A program made the position numbers and the translations under genes. 64,000 bases of DNA from Macrostomum lignano (lineage: Eukaryota): positions 62,001-126,000 of the forward strand of contig NIVC01002296.1 in assembly GCA_002269645.1 (NCBI GenBank), read 5' to 3'. Every line of letters begins with the position of its first letter. The stretch's first letter is position 1. Positions 25,601 through 38,249 of the stretch are shown one piece after another. The notes beneath the pieces are model-generated. The model was given only the letters and a program-made list of their open reading frames with translations, did not search any database and was not told the origin of the DNA.

Positions 25601-25992
25601 TTGAATTGAATTCATGCTCTGAGACTTGATGCACTGAGACTCGATGCTCTGAGACTTGATGCTCTGAGACTTGATGCCCTGAGATTTTATGCACTGAGAC
25701 TTGATGCCTTGAGACTTGATGCTCTGATGCTTTAGGACATCACTTTCAAGTCCTTCGGGATCAAGACGACAAAACTTATCAGTTTGAATATTCAATCAGC
25801 TGAAACCCCACTCACCGTCTGCTTGGCCGCCCAGTACAGGGTGCCTTCCTGGGGCCTGAGTATGATCACCTGGCCGAACCCGATGTCCTCTCCGACTGGC
25901 GTGCCTTGAGAGGCCCAGTCGCTCAGGAAGGCCTTGCTACCGCCGAAAGCTGATAAAATACGTTTAGCATGCATGCAAATGTCTGCACATCC

Positions 25993-26089
<97 letters not shown>

Positions 26090-28286
26090 ACCCGCGGCAA
26101 TGTAGTGATGCTGCACCAGCTTGGTCTTGTCCAGGGCATTGAAGCCAACGCTGTCCGCCTTGTACGCATCGTCCAAGGCTGTGTTGCTGGGGGCGAACAC
26201 CAGGAAGCAGCGGATGGCGCTGCAGCTTCCCGTGGTGTTCATCTGCAAGCCCATTCCGGCGTCCACCAGAATCTGGGTGAACTGCAAACGAGTTCAGATT
26301 AAAAATGTTTCAATGAATATTCATTTTTTGACACACTAGGAATTTTTCCGGAAGTCAAACGCGCAATGCTTATTGATAGATGCTCACTGGGAGTCACTCA
26401 GATGGATAAATGCTCACTGAGAGTCACTCAGATGGATAAATGCTCACTGGGAGTCACTCAGATGGATAAATGCTCACTGGGAGTCACTCAGATGGATAAA
26501 TGCTCACTGGGACTCACTCAGATGGATAAATGCTCACTGGGACTCACTCAGATGGATAAGTGCTCACTGGGAGTCACTCAGATGGATAAATGCTCACTGG
26601 GACTCACTCAGATGGATAAATGCTCACTGGGACTCACTCAGATGGATAAATGCTCACTGGGACTCACTCAGATGGATAAATGCTCACTGGGACTCACTCA
26701 GATGGATAAGTGCTCACTGGGAGTCACTCAGATGGATAAATGCTCACTGAGAGTCACTCAGATGGATAAATGCTCACTGGGAGTCACTCAGATGGATAAA
26801 TGCTCACTGGGACTCACTCAGATGGATAAATGCTCACTGAAAGTCACTCAGATGGATAAATGCTCACTGGGAGTCACTCAGATGGATAAGTGCTCACTGG
26901 GAGTCACTCAGATGGATAAATGCTCACTGGGAGTCACTCAGATGGATAAATGCTCACTAGGAGTCACTCAGATGGATAAATGCTCACTGGGAGTCACTCA
27001 GATGGATAAATGCTCACTGGGACTCACTCAGATGGATAGATGCTCACTGGGAGTCACTCAGATGGATAAATGCTCACTGGGACTCACTCAGATGGATAAG
27101 TGCTCACTGGGAGTCACTCAGATGGATAAATGCTCACTGAGAGTCACTCAGATGGATAAATGCTCACTGGGACTCACTCAGATGGATAAATGCTCACTGG
27201 GACTCACTCAGATGGATAAATGCTCACTGGGACTCACTCAGATGGATAAGTGCTCACTGGGAGTCACTCAGATGGATAAATGCTCACTGAGAGTCACTCA
27301 GATGGATAAATGCTCACTGGGACTCACTCAGATGGATAAATGCTCACTGGGACTCACTCAGATGGATAAATGCTCACTGGGACTCACTCAGATGGATAAA
27401 TGCTCACTGGGACTCACTCAGATGGATAAGTGCTCACTGGGAGTCACTCAGATGGATAAATGCTCACTGAGAGTCACTCAGATGGATAAATGCTCACTGG
27501 GAGTCACTCAGATGGATAAATGCTCACTGGGACTCACTCAGATGGATAAGTGCTCACTGGGAGTCACTCAGATGGATAAATGCTCACTGGGAGTCACTCA
27601 GATGGATAAATGCTCACTGAAAGTCACTCAGATGGATAAATGCTCACTGAAAGTCACTCAGATGGATAAATGCTCACTGAAAGTCACTCAGATGGATAAA
27701 TGCTCACTGAGAGTCACTCAGATGGATAAATGCTCACTGGGAGTCACTCAGATGGATAAATGCTCACTGGGAGTCACTCAGATGGATAAATGCTCACTAG
27801 GAGTCACTCAGATGGATAAATGCTCACTGGGAGTCACTCAGATGGATAAATGCTCACTGGGAGTCACTCAGATGGATAAATGCTCACTGGGAGTCACTCA
27901 GATTGATAAATGCTCACTGGGAGTCACTCAGATGGATAAGTGCTCACTGGGAGTCACTCAGATGGATAAATGCTCATTGGGAGTCACTCAGATGGACAAA
28001 TGCTCACTGGGAGGCACTCAGATGGATAAATGCTCACACTGGGAGTCACTCAGATGGATAAATGCTCACACTGGGAGTCACTCAGATGGATACGAGTAAA
28101 TGCTCACTGGGAGTCACTCAGATGGATAAATGCTCGCAGACTCAACAAGACTCAACTCACCCTAGACACGGTCGAGTAGTTGCTGAGCACTTGGAGCAGC
28201 GGCACAGCGCTAACCTGATGAGGCACAAAGGAGGCTGCCAGCAGCAGCAGGGCCGCTGCAGCTATTGTGGCGCTTCTCTGACGCAT
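22653..28286 (-). CDS. Fasciclin-I-like cell-adhesion protein: signal peptide, four FAS1 domains, probable GPI anchor, ~679 aa
   Basis: complement join(28161..28286,26092..26281,25816..25949,25406..25590,24726..25290,24030..24159,23572..23912,23160..23304,22653..22876). Signal MRQRSATIAAAALLLLAASF. Four FAS1 H1 motifs (LVFAPSNTA, TIFLPSDAAW, TLFAPAD, TVFPPSNAAM) and H2 motifs (GVFHVLDQVL, AIIHVVDRVL, GIFHKVIRVL, GMVYPSSQVL). C-terminal small residues plus hydrophobic tail. The exon 4/5 junction is uncertain. Confidence 0.88.
23335..23548. repeat. (CTAC/CTAT)n microsatellite
   Basis: Fills fasciclin intron 7. Confidence 0.9.
24181..24721. repeat. (GACT)n perfect microsatellite
   Basis: ~135 units filling fasciclin intron 5. 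Confidence 0.98.
25620..25730. repeat. 15-bp minisatellite
   Basis: gagacttgatgctct units in fasciclin intron 3. Confidence 0.8.
25990..26089. repeat. (ATCT)n microsatellite
   Basis: Fasciclin intron 2. Confidence 0.97.
26375..28135. repeat. 30-bp minisatellite (~58 units)
   Basis: gatggataaatgctcactgggagtcactca tandem filling fasciclin intron 1. Confidence 0.98.
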
Positions 28287-29089
28287 TTCTAGAATTTGGG
28301 AATTTGCTTTCGTAGCTTGTGCTTTTTTAAGAAAAATAAAAAACTCTGCTTCTTTGAGTGTCGAGCCGACTGGACCTGACTCTCGCCGAGACTATCGGCA
28401 GACAATATAAACTGAAATATGCGGGAGACGCGGGGGAGCTCAGACCCGCAGAGGCGAGTTGACAATAGAGAATGCAAAGAACAGCCGAATAATATTGGAG
28501 GGGTGCTTGGGCGAGGGTCGAAGCTGCAGACTCGCTTTTTGAGTTTCTTATTGAAGCGATTGTTCTCCGGAGTGGCTGGCGACAGGAACTGGGGTGGGGG
28601 TGGTGTTTGTCTTGTGGTCTCTGCCTGTGTTTCCCGCCGTCCTCCATCGTACTTGCCGGGGCGGGGCGGCGGGGTTCGTGCGGGGGGAGCTGAGCTGGCT
28701 CAGGACGGAGAATGGGATTCAGCGGGCAGGGGGGCCGTGAGTACACCCACTGCTCACCATGCTCAGTACTCACGCATGCACCGTAGAGCAGAGAGAGAAA
28801 AGAGAGGTAGAGAGCAGAGAGGTAGGTGACGGCTGTATTTGATGGCCACGAGCAGCGCATGAGCCGGCAAACGGAAGACCTGAGAGAGAGGGAGGGAGAG
28901 AGTGGAAGAGAGAGCCAGACAGAGGCAGGTTGAATTTCTGTCGCCAGCAAGATGAGGCGCAGGTGGGCAGGTCGGGCAGCGACTCCACTTTAAAATGAGT
29001 CGCCGCGCTCATCCGAGGAGTCTTCGAAGCGGGATCTGGAGAGCTGCTCTCCCCAAACCAGGCATTTCTCAAAGCAGCACCCGGTAGAT

Positions 29090-30570
29090 TTGAAACTGGA
29101 GTGACATTGTGGCAGTGTGAACTCAAGCTGGAATGACATTGTGGCAGTGTGAACTCAAGCTGGAGTGACATTGTGGCAGTGTGAACTCAAGCTGGAATGA
29201 CATTGTGGCAGTGTGAACTCAAGCTGGAATGGCATTGTGGCAGTGTGAACTCAAGCTGGAGTGACATTGTGGCAGTGTGAACTGAAGCTGGAATGACATT
29301 GTGGCAGTGTGAACTCAAGCTGGAATGGCATTGTGGCAGTGTGAACTCAAGCTGGAATGGCATTGTGGAAGTGTGAACTCAAGCTGGAATGGCATTGTGG
29401 CAGTGTGAACTCAAGCTGGAATGGCATTGTGGAAGTGTGAACTCAAGCTGGAATGACATTGTGGCAGTGTGAACTCAAGCTGGAATGGCAGTGTGAACTC
29501 AAGCTGGAATGGCAGTGTGAACTCAAGCTGGAATGGCAGTGTGAACTCAAGCTGGAATGGCAGTGTGAACTCAAGCTGGAATGGCAGTGTGAACTCAAGC
29601 TGGAATGGCAGTGTGAACTTTAGCTGGAATGACATTGTGGCAGTGTGAACTCAAGCTGGAATGACATTGTGAACTCAAGCTGGAATGGCAGTGTGAACTC
29701 AAGCTGGAATGGCAGTGTGAACTCAAGCTGGAATGACATTGTGGCAGTGTGAATTCAAGCTGGAATGACATTGTGGCAGTGTGAATTCAAGCTGGAATGG
29801 CATTGTGGCAGTGTGAACTCAAGCTGGAATGACATTGTGGCAGTGTGAACTCAAGCTGGAATGGCAGTGTGAACTCAAGCTGGAATGGCAGTGTGAACTC
29901 AAGCTGGAATGGCAGTGTGAACTCAAGCTGGAATGGCAGTGTGAACTCAAGCTGGAATGGCAGTGTGAACTTTAGCTGGAATGGCAGTGTGAACTCAAGC
30001 TGGAATGACATTGTGGCAGTGTGAATTCAAGCTGGAATGACATTGTGGCAGTGTGAATTCAAGCTGGAATGGCATTGTGGCAGTGTGAACTCAAGCTGGA
30101 ATGACATTGTGGCAGTGTGAACTCAAGCTGGAATGGCAGTGTGAACTTTAGCTGGAATGGCATTGTGAACTCAAGCTGGAATGGCATTGTGAACTCAAGC
30201 TGGAATGGCATTGTGAACTCAAGCTGGAATGACATTGTGGCAGTGTGAATTCAAGCTGGAATGACATTGTGGCAGTGTGAATTCAAGCTGGAATGGCATT
30301 GTGGCAGTGTGAACTCAAGCTGGAATGACATTGTGGCAGTGTGAACTCAAGCTGGAATGACATTGTGGCAGTGTGAACTCAAGCTGGAATGGCAGTGTGA
30401 ACTCAAGCTGGAATGGCAGTGTGAACTCAAGCTGGAATGGCAGTGTGAACTCAAGCTGGAATGGCATTGTGAACTCAAGCTGGAATGGCATTGTGAACTC
30501 AAGCTGGAATGGCATTGTGAACTCAAGCTGGAATGACATTGTGGCAGTGTGAACTCAAGCTGAAATGGCA
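29090..30570. repeat. 24/32-bp minisatellite with higher-order structure
   Basis: ggcagtgtgaactcaagctggaat(gacattgt) tandem. Confidence 0.97.
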
Positions 30571-30884
30571 TTGTGCCAGTGTAATTTGATTCAATTTGAA
30601 TTCTGATTAACGGAATAGCTGGCACTCCACATCCTGGTTCAAATTCTCCTTGGCTCATCCCGTCATAAACGCCCAGTTTTTCCCACTACCGGTTTTGGCA
30701 GGCGGCGGCCTCCCCACCGTCTGAGTCAACAGCCGGGAGGCCAAATGGATGGGGAAGCACGCAGAGAATCCCACAGTCAACACTGGGTGCAAGCAAGCGT
30801 CTGCTCAAACCCTGTCTGCTCTTGAAGAGTTCACGGGAGTGGATTTGAGCATAAAGACAGCTATCGCACAGCTAGCGGCTTTGG

Positions 30885-31010
30885 AGATGGATTGCTAATC
30901 TGTGAGATGGATTGCTAATCTATGAGATGAATTGCTAATCTGTGAGATGGATTGCTAATCTGTGAGATGGATTGCTAATCTGTGAGCTGGATTGCTAATC
31001 TGTGAGCTGG
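30885..31010. repeat. 20-bp minisatellite
   Basis: gatggattgctaatctgtga x~6. Confidence 0.9.
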
Positions 31011-31406
31011 ATCGCAAATCCACTATATGTATTGTTACCCTACCCTATATGACCGACAGTTCACTATGAAACCGCAGCTACCTACTCACTAACTGATAGT
31101 AGCTGCTGCTGCTTTTTCTGCTTATTAAATTTCTATAAAATGGACCACTTAAACGCAAGTAGCGGTCCGGCTTCTTACATGCGTGAGGGAGAATAATTGA
31201 TCGGGAAATTCTTCCAGACGGAGGGGATGTAGGGGATGGTGGGGGAGTTCATCCAGATGGGGGAGAAATGCTGAGCTAGGGGAAGTCCTGCCTTCTAAAA
31301 GAGACCTTCAGGCATCTATGAGGCAACGAAAACTTTTGGAATATCTATTCTCGCTTTGTATGCTTTGTATGGTGCATGCAAACAGCAGCTGTGGGTAGGA
31401 GAGTTC

Positions 31407-32039
<633 letters not shown>

Positions 32040-32577
32040 CTGCCAAAAAGGCCAGCCCAGCTGTCATCCCCGCCTCCATCATCCCGAATTTTTAGCTCCA
32101 AAACGCGCGCAATTACCTGGTACGTGCGCTGTGCCTGGGCATTATTAAATATTTGTCAGAAGCAAGCCAGTCTCCCATTATGGGATAATTTCGCAGGGGG
32201 CGCTAAAAATACCTGCCTGGGATTGACACAAATCGTTGGGATCAGAGCCGCAGGGGGTTGGGATTAGCACGAGAATCCATGCGATGACGCACGGCCCGAG
32301 GCGCTCTCCGCAGAAATCCCCTACTCGGCTTTTACTTTCCCCAGGCGACTGCAGCGACCCCCTCGTGCGACAGAGCTTCATCTCGGATGGGGGAGGCTGT
32401 GAAGGAATTTTGCCAAAGAAGGTCCGGCCATCGCGGCTCATTAAATTTGCATCGCCCTTAAGCTTCGCCACAAATCAATGGCGGGAAACCCGTCTGGCTC
32501 ATTAATTATTCATTAGCCTGGCCTGAAGTGCAAGGGGAACTTTGTCAACTGCCGCAGCTCTAGGGGTAAAATGAGAG

Positions 32578-32770
32578 ATGGGTCTCGCTTGAGGCTGGGA
32601 TGGGACTCGCTTGAGGCTGGAATGGGACTCGCTTGAGGCTGGGATGGGACTCGCTTGCGACTGGGATGGGACTCGCTTGAGGCTGGGATGGGACTCGCTT
32701 GAGACTGGGATGGGACTCGCTTGAGGCTGGGATGGGACTCGCTTGAGGCTGGGATGGGACTCGCTTGAGA
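32578..32770. repeat. ~24-bp minisatellite
   Basis: gaggctgggatgggactcgctt tandem. Confidence 0.9.
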
Positions 32771-33324
32771 CCCCACACCCTCAGTCAGCTTGATCTCCAC
32801 ACCCTCAGTCAGCTCGATCCCCACACCGGTGCTGTCAGAGGTCATCGCGGCCGAGTCAATCCGGCCTCACTTCTTAAGTTCACCCCCCCTCCAGAGTTCG
32901 CTGTCTCCCGAGCCCTGGAGACCCTCGGGCAGCAGTGGGGGCTTCCCGCTGTTCTCATGAGGGACTCAATTAGCAGCCTAATAATTAATAAGAACTCCGA
33001 GCCAGGCCCTTCGCCTCACCTCTTTGCTTGCCTCGCAGCCGCTCCCACTCTCTCATATCGCACTCGTAGCGCTAATTGGCGTGTCTGCTGTGCCCCCCCC
33101 CACCGCGGAGATGATCTGTCATCTTCCCCGATGCCGCCAACCCCCCCCCCCCCGACTGGCCGACGGCTGATTGAAAAGCCGCGAGTTTCCGGATTTTTGC
33201 TTGTCGGCCTCTTCTAAAAGGGGGGGGAGACATCGAGGAGTCTTCAATTATCAGCCTCCGTAATCCCAGTGCAGTAATAACTCTCTCCCCTTGCTGAGGG
33301 AGGGCCTGGTAACCAGAAAGAAAG

Positions 33325-33863
33325 CTCATCAAATAAGCGCACAGTGAGATGAAGGCATGCTGGGATAAGCGCACAGTGAGATGATGGCATGCTGGGATAA
33401 GCGCACAGTGAGATGATGGCATGCTGGGATAAGCGCACAGTGAGATGATGGCATGCTGGGATAAGCGCACAGTGAGATGATGGCATGCTGGGATAAGCAC
33501 ACAGTGAGATGAAGGCATGTTGGGATAAGCGCACAGTGAGATGAAGGCATGCTGGGATAAGCGCACAGTGAGATGATGGCATGCTGGGATAAGCGCACAG
33601 TGAGATGAAGGCATGCTGGGATAAGCGCACAGTGAGATGAAGGCATGCTGGGATAAGCGCACAGTGAGATGAAGGCATGCTGGGATAAGCGCACAGTGAG
33701 ATGATGGCATGCTGGGATAAGCGCACAGTGAGATGAAGGCATGCTGGGATAAGCGCACAGTGAGATGAAGGCATGCTGGGATAAGCGCACAGTGAGATGA
33801 AGGCATGCTGGGATAAGCGCACAGTGAGATGAAGGCATGCTGGGATAAGCGCACAGTGAGATG
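33325..33863. repeat. ~30-bp minisatellite
   Basis: ataagcgcacagtgagatga(a/t)ggcatgctggg tandem. Confidence 0.96.
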
Positions 33864-34169
33864 ATTACCGATGAATTACCTTTTCCCTACCTATAATTCC
33901 CTCCTTTGTCGAAGCCGCACTGATCACCGGGTTCGCATTCGGTCGCCCAGCAACCGAAACACAATCGCGACTGAGAGGAACAATTGCGAATCTCCTCACT
34001 GACCGAGGATAAAATCGGGATGAGAGATGAGCTCGCGACTTCGCCATTAATCCCAGCTCAAACGTCGCAACATCCAATTTTCATCCCCTGCTCTTTGTGT
34101 CTCTGTCCACTTCTCACTGTTCTTCATCTGTTCCCATTTTCATTTATAATATCTTTTTCAGCGTGTCTC

Positions 34170-34605
34170 CTCTCCGATCCTCACCCTCCGTCTCCGATCC
34201 TCACCCTCCGTCTCCGATCCTCACCCTCCGTCTCCGATCCTCACCCTCCGTCTCCGATCCTCACCCTCCATCTCCGATCCTCACCCTCCGTCTCCGATCC
34301 TCACCCTCCGTCTCCGATCCTCACCCTCCGTCTCCGATCCTCACCCTCCGTCTCCGATCCTCACCCTCCGTCTCCGATCCTCACCCTCCGTCTCCGATCC
34401 TCACCCTCCGTCTCCGATCCTCACCCTCCGTCTCCGATCCTCACCCTCCGTCTCCGATCCTCACCCTCCGTCTCCGATCCTCACCCTCCGTCTCCGATCC
34501 TCACCCTCCGTCTCCGATCCTCACCCTCCATCTCCGATCCTCACCCTCCGTCTCCGATCCTCACCCTCCGTCTCCGATCCTCACCCTCCGTCTCCGATCC
34601 TCACC
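34170..34605. repeat. 20-bp minisatellite
   Basis: tctccgatcctcaccctccg tandem. Confidence 0.97.
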
Positions 34606-35718
34606 CCCGTGTCTAAACCCCACGTTCCCCTCTCCACGATTGAATCTTCGTCCAGTTTACTATTTCACATCCAGCAGTCAGTTTAATAGTTCTCCAATTC
34701 TTCATTAATTCCTCATTATCCTGTCCAGCATCCGCCATCATCCCCTCAGCCTCCGCTTTCCCTTTCCCGTCTTGCACAACAAACCCGGGCAGCTTTCACT
34801 CGCTGGATGCTCAGGGCAGCCGCCCAGAGGACAGCGGGGCGTCCTTCGCGCAGCCACTGCGTCTGTCGGCCTCTCCCCAGCAGACTCTTCCCTTCCCAAT
34901 CCCTAATGCGGGAGTTTCTTCCCTCATTCTTTGCATCGTTCCCCAGCCCCGGCGGCAGGGCGAGGGAGCGAGGCGCGGAGACGCCCTCAGCTGCGGCCGC
35001 CTCCGCCCGGCCTTGGATACCGCGGGGACGGCAGGCAGGGGGGGGGGGGGCGTGCCGCCTTCTCCCTCCCGCCTCAGCGCGTATCGATTTTTATGGGCTT
35101 CAGCCGGCCCCACGCTGCTCTGCAGCCCGCGATGAGGCAGTGACGGATGCTGGGATTGGGAAGGGGGATAGAGAGGGAGAGGCTGAGCGGGGGCAGCGCC
35201 AGTGCTTGAGTTCCCCTGCTCAAACCCGCGCATCTCTCGCCTCTCCAACCAATGCAGCTCAGCCTCGCCGTAGAGCCGCCGCGCCTCATCCTCCGCCACT
35301 TCGCCCAGCCTCTCCCCATTCCAATTTCCCTTTGCGCTCAGCCCCCGGTCTCAGGTCGCAGGTAGCCCCAGCTGCTCAGCCTTCATCTGCCCCAGCCCAG
35401 CTTCCCCTGCTGTAGTTGCAGCCTCGTCTCGAGTCGCTTTTCCTTTGGCGTCTGCCTGCATTCGCCAGCTCACAGCCTCCCCCCTGCCTGCCCTCTCCAC
35501 CCCGGCTCGCAAGCGCAGGTTTCAGTTTTAAATAGCGGGGCGATGCCGGGCGCTCGCTGAACCCCGGCCCAGCCTCCCCGACTCTTACGATCGCCGCTGC
35601 GAAAACTTATCGGTGGCCGAAGAAGCTCAATAAGCTCAAGAAGAAAGTTGATCATCCGCAATGTCCCGCCGCTTCTGCTGAACTCGCGGCCGACATTCGC
35701 AGCTCAGCTCGGACAGCC

Positions 35719-36819
35719 ATGGGCACGGCGCTCTCCTCGCCCCGAGACGGGCCGCCCAACGGCATCAACGGTGGCAGCGGATGGGGCCAGCAGCTGCGCA
35801 CCTCCAAGTCCACCTTCAGCCTCAAGACTGACCGGGCCTCCCTGGCCGGGGGCAGTTCGGCCAATTCCGGACACTCGAGCGGCTTGTTCAGATCCGGCCT
35901 GCCGAGCTCCATCAGCTTCCGCAACCTCAGCATCGGGCAGGCCGGCTTCGGCAGGCGGAAGGACAAGACGGCAGCGCAGCAGCAGCAGCTGGCGGGCAAG
36001 CAGCAGCCCCAGCAGCCCCAGCAACCTCACCAGCTGCTGCCGCCATCGTCCATAGCCACGATTTCCAACTGGTCCCATGATGGCGGGGCGCAGAATCCCC
36101 AGCCTCATCATCATCATCACCACGGAGGCCACCTGCTGCAGCCGCAGCAGCAACAACTGCAGCTGCCGGCGGCTCCTTGCAAGTCGCAGCAGAGCCGCTC
36201 CGGCCTCACCAAGTCCACCTCCTGCTACGCCATCAAAGCTTCGGCTGCAGGCGCCGCCGCCGCCTCAGCTTCGGCCGGCACCGCCGCCGCGGCCGCTGCC
36301 GGCGCGACACCGGAAGGCGACAAGGAGAACACCGGCCGGTCCGGCGCCTCCGACAGCCGGCGGCTGCTGGTGCAGGCGAGCACCTCGGATCTGCTGAAGT
36401 GCGTGGCGGCCTTCCTGCGCCAGCACTGCTCCGAGCTCCACTGCGACTCCGGCTCCGTGGTGTCCTGGATCCGCTCTGTGGACCGCAACCTCATCCTGCA
36501 GGGCTGGGCGGACATGGCCTTCGTGAACCCGCCGAACCTCGTGTTCTTCTACCTGCTGGTGAAGGCGGCTGTGCCAGCCGACATCGCCTCGGAGCGGCAG
36601 CTGCAGGCCACGCTGCTCACCTGCCTGTACGTGGCCTACTCCTACATGGGCAACGAGATCAGCTACCCGCTCAAGCCCTTCCTGGTGGACGGCAACCGGG
36701 CGGCCTTCTGGGACCGCTGCATCAGCCTGGCCAACCTGCGCAGCGCCGACATGCTGCGGCTCAACTCCGACCCGGCCTTCTTCATCGACGTCTTCACGGA
36801 GCTCAGGTCGTACGCGTGA
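35719..36819 (+). CDS. CDK5R1: Cyclin-dependent kinase 5 activator (p35/p39 family), intronless, 366 aa
   Basis: MGTALS myristoylation start; Q/H/A-rich linker; activator fold QASTSDLLKCVAAFL..WIRSVDRNLILQGW..LTCLYVAYSYMGNEISYPLKPFL..FWDRC..MLRLNSDPAFF. Confidence 0.96.
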   Translation: MGTALSSPRDGPPNGINGGSGWGQQLRTSKSTFSLKTDRASLAGGSSANSGHSSGLFRSGLPSSISFRNLSIGQAGFGRRKDKTAAQQQQLAGKQQPQQPQQPHQLLPPSSIATISNWSHDGGAQNPQPHHHHHHGGHLLQPQQQQLQLPAAPCKSQQSRSGLTKSTSCYAIKASAAGAAAASASAGTAAAAAAGATPEGDKENTGRSGASDSRRLLVQASTSDLLKCVAAFLRQHCSELHCDSGSVVSWIRSVDRNLILQGWADMAFVNPPNLVFFYLLVKAAVPADIASERQLQATLLTCLYVAYSYMGNEISYPLKPFLVDGNRAAFWDRCISLANLRSADMLRLNSDPAFFIDVFTELRSYA

Positions 36820-36960
36820 CGCCCTATCATCATCCTCCCAGCTGCCCCCTCTCTTTCAGCTGTGTTTTTTATCAATTAACAATTGTTTTGTTATCTTGTG
36901 TTCTTTCTTCAGTTTTGAGTTATCAGATTTGTCTATAAAATGAGTTGTTAGCCTGAGCAG

Positions 36961-37077
36961 GCGCTCGGGACCACTGCTGACCTGGACTGGAACACCTGGG
37001 TCAATTTCAGCATGGCTGACTTTTGCACCCAGTATCAGTTTCCAGTCCAAGTGTCCGCTGAGGTCCCCGACAGGCGC
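36961..37077. other. Imperfect long hairpin / degenerate foldback downstream of the p35 stop
   Basis: Nested complementary blocks gggacc/ggtccc, ggactggaa/ttccagtcc, ctgggt/acccag, tcagc/gctga. Confidence 0.6.
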
Positions 37078-38249
37078 GCAAAGAGATGTCATTTTCTGTC
37101 CCGTGCTGTCGAACCCTCCCTGCCGCACCGTCAGCTTCATGTTGTCCACTCTGCACCGGAGCACACGAGTGCCCCCCCCCCTACTCACCTGAATAGTCTT
37201 TTGTTCTCAGCAGGCCTCCCCAGATATTACTCATAAATAAAATCCCATTATCGCCCAAAGAATTCCTGCCACCCAGATGATCTTCTGTCCGTTGTTGTTT
37301 TTATAATTTTCTGCTCCTGACGTCCCAGTCGTTTCTGTTTTGTTTCTGTTTTGTTTTACTGTTGCCGACCAACACCGGAAATAAACGGCGGCTGCGTGGC
37401 CGCCCTGCCCGACTTGCCCGCGCATGCAGCGGCTCGGCCTTCTTGGACGCGCGGGAGAGATGAACCTGTTGGCTCAGGCGGGATTTCTCTGGCTGGGATC
37501 TGGGCGAAAAAGGGGATTTCGTGAGCAGAAGCTGACTCACTTTAATGCGAAATCCTTTGGCCATGGAGTCCCGGACAGAATGTCCGGTTTGGCCGGGGAA
37601 AGATTAGTCCGGAGTTTTCATTGGGGGGCGCCACCAGCACCAGTGGCGCCAGCACCAGTGGCGCCAAATGCATTTTTGCCAGCTGCTTACGCCTCTGCAG
37701 ATGGAACAGACTACAAAACTCAGCTGAAAACTCCTTGGCTGGGGCTGTCTCATCCTTCTCTCCACATTCTAGGTCTAGTACTCCACGCCCCTTAGCTTAC
37801 TAATGGGATTTTCTCGGACCTCCCCTCAATCAGTTGGGGAGATTGAACTGACGAGTCCCCGAGCCCGGAATCTCTGATTGTCATCGCAGCTCGGCAGCTT
37901 ATAAGTGAGTTCGCTGGCAGGCTTTCTCCATCAGAGGCGACCCTCTTCGAGTCCAGCTCCGCCCACTTCTCGCTGGAGATATTATATTGCGGCTGGCCAA
38001 GTGCTGCTGCTGCCATGGACTTCTAAAATAAGAAATGACTGGCCTGCGTGAAGTCAATCGAAACTGGCTGTCTAGTAGCGGAGAGACAGAAAATAGACCT
38101 CATCATCAGCCCGCTACTCAAGAAACAGGAAGCGCTTGAGCAGGATTTATTGACTCGGAGAGGACATGGCGGCATGGACCTTTCATCTGGACGACTGCAT
38201 GGCAACTGAGGAAATCTAAGATATATATCAGTGAGAGCTCGAAAGCACC

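Noticed and set aside
26366-28099. 577-aa (QMDKCSLGVT)n ORF
   Set aside because: 30-bp satellite antisense to fasciclin intron 1; open only because the unit lacks a stop in that frame
37424-38205. Several 60-120 aa ORFs downstream of p35
   Set aside because: No recognisable domain, mixed codon usage and no consistent splice chain; likely UTR or intergenic
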